Of a DNA stretch of 64,000 nt, positions 12,671 through 23,950 are shown piece by piece. Every line of letters begins with the position of its first letter. Position 1 is the stretch's first letter. The DNA is from Camelus dromedarius. Its lineage: Eukaryota. Position numbers and translations under genes: made by a program. Below the pieces are notes generated by a model that was not told where the DNA came from, searched no databases, and saw nothing but the letters and a program-made list of their open reading frames with translations. The stretch spans positions 41,418,001 to 41,482,000 of the forward strand of contig NC_087447.1 in assembly GCF_036321535.1 (NCBI RefSeq). Direction: 5' to 3'.

Positions 12671-13721
12671 GGCACTTGGGATGAGGTGGGCGGTAGGGTT
12701 TAGCTCCTTCCTAACTGTTGTAATTGAGACTCAGAGGGGTTTTACTCAATGCCAACTGGGGAGCTATGACCAGGAGAAGGGGGAAAGGAAGCTAGAGAGA
12801 TACGATGGGAGCTGTTCACCATTGTGGGGCTGGAGGAGAGAAGTATATGGGGTCATCAAAAGTGGCTGGGCTGGGTTTGGCATCTGGATGTCACACTGGG
12901 TACCATGGGGAATCCTGGTGAGGTGAGGCAGGAGCACTCCATGCTCAGATATGGCTCTTGGGAAGGTCACTCTGATAGGCAGTGGAGGATGGGACAGAGC
13001 GGACAGACTGGAGGTGGGGGACCTATGAGTTGGCTGATGTAATTGTGCAGGTAAGTTACAGCTGATGAGCAAGAGTGGAGATGAGGCACAGGTGCCAGAG
13101 ATATTTACAAGGTAGATGACGATCAGGACTTGATGATGAGCTGGTTGGACGCTGGGGGACTGAGGGAGAGGGAAGACTGTGGAGTGACTCCCATGTTTCT
13201 GAGCAGCTGGGTGAGAGGTGATGTCTCCCAGGGAAAGCCTCCTGGAGAAGGGATGGTTTTGGAGAAGGAAGAGGGTAAACAGTGTGAGTAAAGGGGAAAA
13301 AGGAGGGAATTGGCCATGGGATGGTCTTTGGCCCATGATCCTGGAGTGCTCCTTTATCTACACGTTAAGCTCACTAACTTGTTGAAGAAAGACTGGAGGG
13401 GAGAACTCTAGGGGAGCAGATAACACGGAGGTGGGGCTCCTGCTGCCCTTCCCTAACAGCAGAGTTTGGGACAGTACCAGGAGCCAAGTGACCATTTATG
13501 ACAGAGGACCTGCCACAGTCACCAGCTACAGTGGGAGGGGCCAGGCCTGCTGAGGAAGCCCCGTTGGTCCCCGTGCAGCTCTCTCCAGGGCCAGCATCAG
13601 GCCAAGGTCTGTCTGGTTGAGTCTGCTCTGGGCAGTGTCTCCAGGCTGAGGTGTGGAGATTGGAGGCAAGGCTTTACAGCCAAGGACCAAGGGTTCTGTG
13701 GCTCTCACCCTGCCTCTGCAG

Positions 13722-13895
13722 ACCCTGCAGGGCATGTCATTGACCTGGTAAACGACCAGCTGCCAGACATCAGCATCTCAGAGGAGGACAAGAAGAAAAA
13801 CCTGGCGCTGCTGGAGGAAGCCAAGTCGGTGAGTGAGCGGTTCCTGACCCGCCGTGGGAGGAAGTCCAGGAGCAGCCCCGGAGACTCCCCGTCAG
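13722..13895 (+). CDS. IRAG1: IRAG1 coding exon (phase 1-1) (D)[57 protein letters not shown]; includes the basic cGKI-beta docking segment
   Basis: ctctgcag|ACCC...TCAG|gtagga; 174 nt. Confidence 0.97.
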
Positions 13896-14953
13896 GTAGG
13901 ATGACAGGTGACTGCCCTGAGCCCCTCCAAGGTGGGGCGGAGGGTGAGGAGGGCCCGGCCCCAGCTGTAGTGGGAGCCCTGCTTTTGACGGGTGGCCCTC
14001 AACTCTCCTACCTCCAGGCCTCTAGGCCCCCGGAGGACTGAGCCTTGTGGAGAGGATCCTGTGAGGAGAGGGCATCTTGCCCCGTTCAGAAGCTCTGAAA
14101 TATTGACCCAACTCTAGCCCAGAAAACTCTGCTTTTCGTTTTTGGGACCTGTGTGTGACTGTTGTGTCTTCCTGCTTTGCCAAGAAATGCCAGCCCATAT
14201 GATACCTGTGAACTTAACTAGGGGTCCCCAGTCCCTGAACCCTGCATGGAGAGAAACCCTCTGTGTGATGCCTGTGTGCACAGATTCCTGGGCCACCCTG
14301 CCTGGCCTGTGTAGCTCCCACTGTCCCCATGAGGCCCTGTTCTATGATCACCGCCTCCGCAGAAGTCAGGAGAGGCAAGCACTGGGCTCCCTCTCCCTGA
14401 CCTCCAGCTGTGGGCACCAGGAAGGATCCTGGTTACTGATAGGGAAGGGAGGCTGTTCTTTGGGATTCCTAGATTAGAAGGAAGGTTTTTCTGGACCCTG
14501 AAATCCTTCTACTACCCCTTTGGCTAAAGTCACTCTTTTTCCCGAGCAAAAATTCGGGGCAGTTAGATAAGTCTGAATGTACCTAGGAGGCAAGGGGTGC
14601 ATCTGAAATCAGACCCAGCCTGGCCAGTCAAGGAGGTGCAGCCTTTGGAGCTGTACCTGCCAAGCAGCACCAGGTCCTTTGTTTCTAGGAGGTGGTTTGG
14701 GGTCAGGTCAGGTAGACTGAGGAGTGTGACCCCAATCCTCCCCTCTTCCAAATGAACCAGTGCTCCTACTGCTGGGCTGGCAGCAGGGACGGTTTGGGCT
14801 GTGGTAGGAGCCTTCTGTGACAGTCTGGAATTAGCCCCTGACCCGGACAAGGCAGACCCAGTTCCAAGGGATGAGAAATACCCCAAAGGATGTCTGTTAG
14901 GCTGAAGTCTTGAACCCTCACAAATGCTGGCCAATTTGTGTCTGTCTCCACAG

Positions 14954-15031
14954 CTGTTTCCCCAAACCTCAGTCCCGGAGATTCTCCTGCGTCCTCTCAG
15001 AGCAACTCACTTACCGTCCCCTTGCCACCCG
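14954..15031 (+). CDS. IRAG1: IRAG1 coding exon (phase 1-1) (A)VSPNLSPGDSPASSQSNSLTVPLPP
   Basis: ctccacag|CTGTT...CCCG|gtgagg; 78 nt. Confidence 0.95.
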
Positions 15032-15780
15032 GTGAGGTCCAGCCCCCTGGAATTTCCTGCCCTGGCTTCTCCAGTCAGGTGGCGACTCAGCCCCACTGCT
15101 GGCCTCCAGGACTCCCATCCTGCAGGCTTCCCGGTGGGACCCCCTTTGGTTCCCTCCCCAGGGGCCTGGCAGGGCTGCCCCAGGGGAGGAGGATGTGCTT
15201 TCTCTTGGGGTTTCAAACAGGCCTAGCCCAGGATGAGGCCCGTGGGGTGAGAACCAGGGCAAGGTTGTGGGAAGGTGGATTGTGACTGGGGCTCTCTGCC
15301 CAGGGAGGACGCGGGGAGAGGTCACCTTAGAGCTTACTTTCAAAGGCCTCTATGTGGCCCACTCTTTGTGTTTTGATGGCTTCCCTTTCATTAGGCTGTG
15401 TTCAGGGCCAAACCCTCAAGTCAGCTGGGGAAGGGGCAAGGTGCCAGGGAGAGCAGCCTGCCCTTGTCAGAGCTGCAGGGCAGGCTCAGGCTTGGGCCAG
15501 GCACCTTAGGTTCAAATCCCAGCACTGGCCCTCCTAGCTCTATGGCCTGGATTTCCTCCTGCCTCGGCTGCCTTGAGTGGTTTCTGTGATGGTTAAGTAG
15601 GGGTCACCACAGACCCTGGCATGTGGGAGGTCCTCCCAATAAATACTTGCGTTACTAGCTCTGAGGCCTGAGGGACCTAAGGAGAACATTCTGGAGAGGT
15701 AGATGTATTTTTGCTGCAGCTGTTGACAGCTGAGGATCTGGGGGACTGGGCATCACTCACCAGTGCCTGGACCATTTTAG

Positions 15781-15833
15781 GTTTGGATGCGTGCAGTAGC
15801 CCACAGTCCCCTCTGCCTGGAGCAACACCACAG
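15781..15833 (+). CDS. IRAG1: IRAG1 coding exon (phase 1-0) (G)LDACSSPQSPLPGATPQ
   Basis: cattttag|GTTTG...CAG|gtaata; 53 nt; similar to recalled human GLDVCSGPPSPLPGAPPQ. Confidence 0.9.
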
Positions 15834-16044
15834 GTAATAACGGGGACCCTGTTTGGGGTTTCTGCACCAGCTAGTCTCTCCTCTTATCCCTTAACATCCA
15901 AGAGGTCCTCCATGATCCACTGGAGGTGAGGGGGCTGGGTGGGAAAGACATTGACTCCACTGTAGGGGCCTCCTTGAGGGTATTTCAAAAGGACATATGG
16001 TCTCTTCATATTGTTGACTGACTCGTGTTTACTTTCTCCAGCAG

Positions 16045-16089
16045 AAAGGGGATGAGGCCGAAGTCTCTTCACCTCAACTTGGCAAGCCT
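16045..16089 (+). CDS. IRAG1: IRAG1 coding exon (phase 0-0) KGDEAEVSSPQLGKP; alternative start at 16042 adds Gln
   Basis: ttctccagcag|AAA...CCT|gtgagt; 45 nt (48 with the upstream CAG). Confidence 0.9.
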
Positions 16090-16734
16090 GTGAGTTTGAG
16101 CTCTACCCAATTTGGATGATGGGTATGGGAGACATGGTGTTCCAGAAGCCTCTGCTGGGTTTAGGCCAGCCTGCAAGTGGGTGTGCATGAGTGGAGGGTC
16201 GAGGCTGAGGAAGCTGGAAGGTTCCTCTGCCCTCTCGTGACTAGGAGTCTGAGGTGGAGGGGTGAGGAGGTGGGAGTCATGGGGATGACCTCCATGGTGG
16301 TCCTGCCCATAGCCCTACCTCCCTAGTCAGGCTGCTGCCAGAGACCAGGGGACTGCTGGGTCCAGCAGCAGCCAGGCAAGACTGCTGCTCCTGTCACTTC
16401 TCGTGAAAATTTCAGGAAAGCTCCAGCCCATGACTGGGACTCTTCCTGGGGGCAGCCTGGAAAACCTCACCTTTGCTGATGAGCGATAGAAGAGCCGTAT
16501 GCCTGCTCAGAGTCAAGGTGGTGTCAACGGCAGCATAGAGCATAATCTAATATAGGTCTAGGTCTGGGATACAGTTGTCTGGGAGAGCTTCAGCACACGC
16601 GCAAGGCAGCCACACGAATACCCAGAGAGACCCACCTGCTCCTCACAAAGCTGGTTTCCCTTGAGAAATGAAAGGAGACTGCAGAATCTTAGAACTTCTG
16701 AGCCGTAAGACATCAGCTTTGCAAGAATCACCTT

Positions 16735-16902
16735 GGTCAGCTTCTTTTGGAATGTGGAAGTCTCTGAGAAATTGTTGAAAGCCATATATTCTCCTCCCAG
16801 AGAAATACATACAGTGCATAAACACACAGATACATTTGCATATAATTTCAGAGGGTTCACAAACCTGATGGGAAATCTGAGTTCCTAAGAGTTAAGGGCC
16901 TT
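16735..16902. mobile_element. MER103-like DNA transposon fragment
   Basis: tgaaagccatatattctcctcccagagaaat...atttgcatataatttcagagggttcaca. Confidence 0.55.
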
Positions 16903-17153
16903 ATGAGGCAGAGCCAGGACTAAAATCTGGGGCAACTGAGTCAACATCAAAACTTGTGACTGCCCCCAAGCTGCCCTCTATTCTACTGTTCTCGGCAGCT
17001 CCTAGCCCTTGGGAAGTTCTTGGCAGGTTTTGAATAACAGGTCCTCTTGTCCTGCTTTACAAACCTCAAGCTTGTCTGTAGGTCCCCTTTATTGGCTCAG
17101 ACTTGACTGAGAAGTCTTCCCCTTCCACCTAGCCCACACTCCTCCACCACCTC

Positions 17154-17172
17154 CACACACACTACACACACA

Positions 17173-17220
<48 letters not shown>
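17154..17220. repeat. Interrupted (CA)n microsatellite
   Basis: Directly visible; ends 82 nt before the 618-nt exon. Confidence 0.98.
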
Positions 17221-17222
<2 letters not shown>

Positions 17223-17302
17223 CTTAGCAGGGTCCAGAGGACAGAAGTCCCACACCTAGCTCCTCTGCAACCTGCCTCCCAGCTCTACCTTGTCTCTTTC
17301 AG

Positions 17303-17920
17303 AATGTCCTCAAAGGGTTAGCTGACCGGAAGCAGAATGACCAGAGGAAAGTGTCTCAGGGCCGGCTGACTCCCCGCTCTCCTACAGTTGAGAAGTCCAA
17401 AGAGATCGCGATAGAACAAAAGGAAAACTTCGATCCCCTCCAGTGCCCGGAAGCCGTACCCAAGGGCCCAGCTCCTGGCACAGGCAGTGGTGGGAAAATG
17501 GCCCTGAACACCCCCCAGCCTGGCCCTGTGGAGAGTGAGCTGGGGAAGCCACTTCTGAAGACAGCCAGGGAAGGCAACCCTCTGCCCAGAAGTCCAGCCC
17601 AGGGATCTGGAGGGGCAGCTTCCCAGGCCCCCCAGGGAAAAGGTACAGTTGTAGAGCCCACAGGGTCCAAGGTTGGCTCCAAAGCTGAGCTGTGGCCCCC
17701 TGCATCCCGGCCACCCCTGCTGCGGGGGGTCTCCTGGGACAGTGGCCCCGAGGAACCTGGCCCCCATCTCCAGAAAGTGCTTGCCAAGCTACCACTGGCA
17801 GAGGAAGAGAAGCATTTTTCAGGCAAAGTGGGCAGCAAGATGGCCAAGGCGTCTGGACTCAAAGACTTTCAGATACAAGTGCAGCCTGTGCGGATGCAGA
17901 AATTGACCAAGCTCCGTGAG
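17303..17920 (+). CDS. IRAG1: IRAG1 large coding exon (phase 0-0, 206 codons) [22 protein letters not shown]...[14 protein letters not shown]
   Basis: ctctttcag|AAT...GAG|gtaggt; 618 nt; overlaps ORF 17351..17959. Confidence 0.97.
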
Positions 17921-18465
17921 GTAGGTTCCTGGGGAACCCCTGGACGGATGTGCATCTAGGTCCTCCAACTCTGCCCCCAGGGCTGAAGACCTCTGGGCTG
18001 AGCTGGGTCCTGGGGCAGGTCCTGATGTGGGCCTTGTGGGGGCCCTGAACGTCCCCACCCTGATAAACCCGGCCCGCAGGGCAGCATGTTCATCATAAAC
18101 ATTGTCTTTGCGTGCTTTCACACTGCTTACTTGAGTGTAGTCAGCTGGGATGTAGCTGCCACACAGCGCCATATTTCAAGGAGAAGGTGGGTGTATGGAG
18201 GGGCAGATGGGCCCTCAGTCCTGGGCTGTTTTCCCCTTCCAGCCAGAGCTGGTGGCTCTGAGCAAGAAGCCTTTGATTGAGCACCTTATCATGCCTAGGA
18301 CGGGGCAAGGATAGAATAGCTTTTCCCCTGTCATGCCCCAAGCTTTCTTCCCTGATGCCTATTAACCAAGGGCCTCAAATCCATCCAAGCATAATGATGG
18401 CCATCATGTCCCCAGCTGTCATGGGCCACCTAACCAGGCACAGTGGTCTCTCATGGGGCTGGCAC

Positions 18466-18475
18466 CCTATATAGG
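18466..18475. promoter_or_regulatory. Consensus CArG box CCTATATAGG (candidate SRF site)
   Basis: Perfect CC(A/T)6GG inside the palindrome CCCTATATAGGG; function is inferred only. Confidence 0.35.
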
Positions 18476-20045
18476 GAATGACTGGGGGATCCAGAAATGG
18501 AGGGAAGAGAGCCCAGGATGTGAAGAAGAGAAGAGGTTAACAGGACAAAGAAATCCTTATCCAAGCCCCAGTTCTCCAGGGGCCAACCCAGGCCATGGGC
18601 CAAGGCAGCCAGACTCCACAGGATAGGGCCTGGTGCTCCCACAGCTAGAGTTGGCCAGCGTTCTCCTGGTTCCCCTACAGAGGGGGTGGGAGATGGGAAG
18701 GGAAAGAGGCACAGTGGCACAAGTGAGGGGGTCACACACTAGCAGGGACACATTCCAACACTGGCCACAGTTCCATTCAGAAACCTTCCATGATGCTCTG
18801 AGTTGGAGACTCTGAGGGAGCTGGGGCCTGGCTGCTGAGGTGAATGACATTTTACACAGAAAAGCCCACCGGTCCAGGAAGACCGCATTAACTAGTGGGT
18901 CAGCACAGGCCTGGAAGGGCTGCCTCTGGTGGGCCACAGTCCTAGACCTCTGGGGAAGATGATGCCAAGGGGGCTAGGTAGGCACTTGCCTTCATGGTTC
19001 TCTGGGCGTCAGAGGCCAGGCCCAGGCAATAGGCCATCACCATACCTCTGCAAATTTCTCTCTGTAGCGAAGAAACCACAGAGAACCTGGAGACCCCATC
19101 ACACTAACCACTGCCCTATCAGCAGACACCCCCATCCCCAGCCAGGGTGCTGAGAGCTGCTTGGCTGTGGGCCTCTGGCCTGTGACTTCCACTTGGGCCG
19201 GGGCACCCTCTGCTGGCCCCTTCCTTTCCTCCTTTATCCAGACAGCAAACCATTCAAGTGGCCTCTGCTGCAGAGATACTGAAAATCTCCTTAGGAGCAC
19301 AAGTCACAGGGCCAAGGAGCTCTGTCTAGCATTTCCACTTGGGGGCTCTGGTCTTGGGCTCACAGCTGTGAGACTACCTGTGCCACATCCCTGCAGTCAG
19401 CATCCCATCTGTCTCTCCCCAGCTCTGCTAGCTGAGGCCCCAGGCAGGAGTAGCTGCTGGCCTGCTGCCTCGGGGTGGCAGTCTGCAGGCCACATTCTCC
19501 TGGAGAGTTTAAAAACTCAAGAGGGGCCATTACAGGCCACTGAGGACCCGGGGCCAGGGGAGGTCAGAAGTCCTGGAAGTGGGCACTCACTGCCCAGAAC
19601 AACAAGGCAGGAGACTGCAGCCAATTCAGAGCACAGCCATGAGATCACAGGACAGTTTCCATCTTTGGCAGCTCGATATACACCCAGGGGACCCTCCTAT
19701 CCCCAGAGCCCTAGGCTCTGCTTCTGTTTGTCCCCCAGCCCTCAGCCACGGAGAAGCTGGCAGCTCCCTTGCCCTGAGGCCCACAGGTTTTTTTTTTTTT
19801 TTTGAAAAGCCAGCAATGCCAAGGACAATTCCTGACCCAAGGGATGAGTGCCAATGGTGAGGTTTTCTGCACCTTTATGGGCCGGGAGAGGAGTGGTCTT
19901 CCTGGTGCCCCTCAGATGTCGTGACTGTCCATGCCCCTAATGTCTCCCCCATGAGACTGAGTGGTCAAAGAGCCACAGACAGAACCAAGAGAAGAGTCCA
20001 GTCTGAGGACATTGTCTGAAATGTTGTCTTTCTTTTCCTCAAAAG

Positions 20046-20124
20046 GAGCACATCCTGATAAGAAACCAGAACTTAGTGGGGCTCAAGCTTCCAGAACTCA
20101 GTGAAGCAGCTGAGCAGGAAAAAG
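20046..20124 (+). CDS. IRAG1: IRAG1 coding exon (phase 0-1) [26 protein letters not shown]
   Basis: ttcctcaaaag|GAG...AAAG|gtaggt; 79 nt. Confidence 0.95.
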
Positions 20125-22559
20125 GTAGGTGAGGTCGGGGAGATGCTTTCCCCAGGCCGGGGCTGGATTCGTTTTCTCCAGATCAAAGAAGGTGAACATG
20201 TAAACACTGGACTTCCTGTCAGAGCCTCTGTCCGTCCCGATGGCGAGCATGGGCCGGACGTAGAGCAGGCCCTCAGTAAATATTTGCAGATGGATGAATG
20301 AATGAATCAGATGGTGTTTCCTGCCCACTCGGAGAACCTCTTAACTTGTCTCCTTCCTACCAGCCCCGCTCCCTGAGCCTTGTGGGTCTGGAAAGGTGAC
20401 CCAGGCCTGAATTTTGGACACTTCCTTTTCCTTTTCCTTGCACACCCAGGAACAGTTCCTCTTTTTGAGACATCTGAGTCATCTCTTGCTTTCTAATCTG
20501 CTGTCACAACAAAGTCCAGACCGCAGCCCTTCCATCCTGGTGACTGCAAGGCCCCACCCACCCACTTGCCAGACTAGTCTTTAGAAAGTTAAGACTTGGG
20601 GTCTCCCCGCTCCCTTCCCTCCCAGCCCCTTCTCCTGACTCACCTCTCCTGATGGCTCACGCTCGCCGGGGTCAGTCTCAGTACAGAAGCCTTCTGCTTG
20701 AGGACTGTCATGAAGCCCTGTCCCGGGTGCCACCAACCATGTTAGAGGCCCGTGGTCTGAGATACAGTGACTAACTCTACCTGTTCAGCATTGACAAGAG
20801 GAATCTCAGAAGGAAAATTTCCAATAATTTTTTAAAGCACTAATTTAAAAAAAGAATAATCTTTAGATGAGATCTTTGGAAAAAATATGATATACTTCTC
20901 TACTTTTAATTTCTGTTTATTAAATCAGATTTAAAACCCAAGGAAAAGATTTATCTTAAAATTTTACCCACAAGCCCATAAATTCTGAAAAAGCAACAAT
21001 TTTTATTCTTTCCAGTGTTTACTCTTATTTACATTTTGTTCACAATTGGTTTGGTGGTATAGATACAACTTCCTGTTTCTAGTTTTAAAATACTTACTTC
21101 GTGACTAATTCCGTATACTTCGACTCGTCCACATGTTTATCAGTTAGTGGGGGCATAGTTTCCTTTTGTATGAATGTGTCTATTGTTGGGTATTTCAGAT
21201 GTTTACAGTTCTTGTATGTGTGATTAACAACCCTCCTATAAACAACTTTGGACTTGTAGTTTTTTTTATTTCTTCCTTTTAGTTACTCCCTTGGGATAAA
21301 TTCTCAGGCTTGAGAGTCACTGGGTAAAAGTGTAGGAATTTACCAAATTGCCTCCAGTGGGTGATGCTCCCTGTAGACCCAGTGAGGGGGGTCTCCCTCC
21401 TAAGCACTACCTGCACTACACTTCGCTCCTTATTGACTAGAATGTAATGAGAAAAAGATAATCCAAACTAACAGCACTTACAATGTATTATTAGTAGTGT
21501 TCGTGTGAAATGCCGCTTCATTATTGCTTCAGTTAATTTGCCCAAACTTGAAATTTTTAAATGTTCTTTTTATCTTATTGGGTGAATTAACTATACATTT
21601 CTTTACTCATGTGCCCATTTGGGTCTTGGTTTTTTTGTTGTTGTTGCTACTACACGTAGGTGCTATAGATATTAACCCTTCTTTGGCTATATTTTTCTCA
21701 ATACTTTTTCTTTTTTTGCATTTTAACATGTTTTATGTTACTTTTAGTGAAGTTGTAAAGTTTTTATACAGTAATTTTTGTCTATCGTTTGCTTTGAGAG
21801 GTCTTCTATTATTTAAATGATTATAAAAATATTACCTCTCCTTAATTGGGATAGCAAATCTATTTTCTACCAGTTTATCTATGGTTTGATTTATTTATAT
21901 TTATTTTGCTAACACCTCTGAAATTTGTTTTAAGATACAGGTATTTGAAGATTTAAGATACTATTATCTCAATAATATTTTAGTAGTGTTTATCCTTCTT
22001 GTTACATTGTGGCTTAGTCAGTCGTACATGACATCCTTTTTTTTTATGTATACCAGAGACTGGTTCTGGGCCCCTGACTGTTTTACTCTGATCAGTACTG
22101 TACCATTTTAATTGCTGCTGCCTTATAATATGTTCTAGTGTGCAGTGGGTTATTTCTCCTTCATTGCTCTTTTTTTTTTCAGAATATTCATTATATTCTA
22201 GATACAAAGATTCAGGCAAATTGATAGAAAGCACAGCTGCATAAGAATTCAGGAGATGTGAGTTCACCAGTTAACGGAGCCTTTGATGCATTCCTCAGCT
22301 TCTATGAGCCTCTGTTCCCTGTTGGACTAGGTGACTTCAGAAGGTGCTTAACTTTAACCTAAGATTCAAGGATTCTGGGTCTTTTCCAATTTTGCCTCTC
22401 ACCTACATATTCTTTAAGTGCATTTTGTATCTTTTGATTATGACTGCTCTAAAGCTGCATGCTGGATTCAGAAGAACTGTCCTAGTTTTGTTCATTTGAC
22501 AGTTCATAGATTTTTCAGTTATTTAGTTTGCAGATATTTAGTTCTCATTCAGGCATGTT

Positions 22560-23950
22560 GTTTGTCCCTCTGCCTGCTCTCCTGACCTCCTCACCCAGTT
22601 CAATCCACTGTTCACATGCCGCCAGAGGAATTCCTGAAATGCAAATGTGGTTCAGCATCTTCAGAGGCTTCATTCTGCTCTTAGGATGAGCACTAGAATA
22701 TTTCGTAGGACTCACAAGGCCCTGTGTGGTTAACTGTGCTCACCTCCCCAGCATCTTTCAAGATCATTCTCCTCCTCCCTCTCAACATCTTGGCCTTCCA
22801 TCAGCAACTCATTCCTCCTCCTTCTCAGGCTTGGCACATGCTGTACCCTCTACCTGAACTGTTCCTCCTTTCTTCCTCTTTGCCAAGTGAATTCCCGTTC
22901 AGTCTCTAAATACCTGCTTGAATGTCACTTTCCTAGGGAATACTTTTCCAGCACCTCCAGATGCTTCTCCCTTATAAAATCCATCACAGCATGAAAGTTT
23001 GGGTATTCCTCTAACTAATCTCTGCCCCCCTAGATAACAAGCTCCCAGAAGACAGTGACACATAACATTTTGCTCAGCCTTATATGACTAGCTCTATGCT
23101 CATTGCCTGGATTATAGTAAGCACTCAATAAATATTGAATAAATGAATGAGGTCACCCTCACCTTGTAGGAGAGGAGATACAAGAGTAGACAATGTCACT
23201 ACCATACATGGTGTTAAGACTTTAAGAACATAAAAATACCTAGAAACACAGAGGAAATAAGGGTGAGTGAGTCCAGGCAGGATTCCAGGAGAAGCAGCTC
23301 TGAGCTGAGGAAGAGAAGGGCACCTCAGGCAGAGGAAACCACAGGAGCAGAGGCACCCAGGCATCTTCTAACACTTGGCATGCTCCAGGAACTGAAGGAA
23401 TTTCATGTGAACCAAGTGTGAGTCTTGTGATCCAGAGAGATGGGCAGTGAGGGTGGAATGTGGGTGGGAATCAGAGAAGGTAAAGGGTTTGAGGACCAAT
23501 GAATGAGTTTGAACTTCATTCAGGACCACTTGCAAAGCCAGAGAAGCCTGTAGGTAAGGAAGCAACAGAATCAAAATGGAGTCTGAGAATAATTCTTCTG
23601 GACAGACTATGAAAGCTGGCCTGAAACAAGACAGGCTAGAGGCAGGGAGACTAGGTAAGAGAGGATGAAAACAGCCTGGTGGGAGGTGATGGGACTGTAG
23701 ACTGAGAAGGACAGGAGGGGAGATGGGGAGGACAGATTCGAGAGCCATTGGAGATCACCTTGGCAGGACTTGGTGAGGGGATGGGGTGGGGTAGGGGGAG
23801 ACTGGAAGGACCAACAAGTGTGTGTCCGCATGGTCAGGGGAGTGATGGTGCCATTACTTAGGATGGGGAGCCCCGGGGAAGCAGATCCCTTGAGAAGGAA
23901 GACAACAGGTTTGGGTTTGGACAGTTGAATGCCCGTGGGAGCAGCTTGGA
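22560..23950. mobile_element. Two L2 fragments in opposite orientation (+ to ~23150, - beyond)
   Basis: L2 3' tail gcactcaataaatattgaataaatgaatga at ~23121-23150; reverse L2 motifs gactagaggcagggagactaggtaagag. Confidence 0.6.

Noticed and set aside
17318..17862. Minus-strand ORFs over the large exon
   Set aside because: Antisense shadows of a GC-rich coding exon.
19161..19805. 214-aa ORF, plus similar long intronic ORFs (12764-13336, 53697-54269, 56907-57440)
   Set aside because: Several begin at non-ATG codons, they have low-complexity Pro/Ser/Leu composition, resemble no protein I recognise, and some overlap L2/LTR remnants. They are expected by chance in GC-rich introns.
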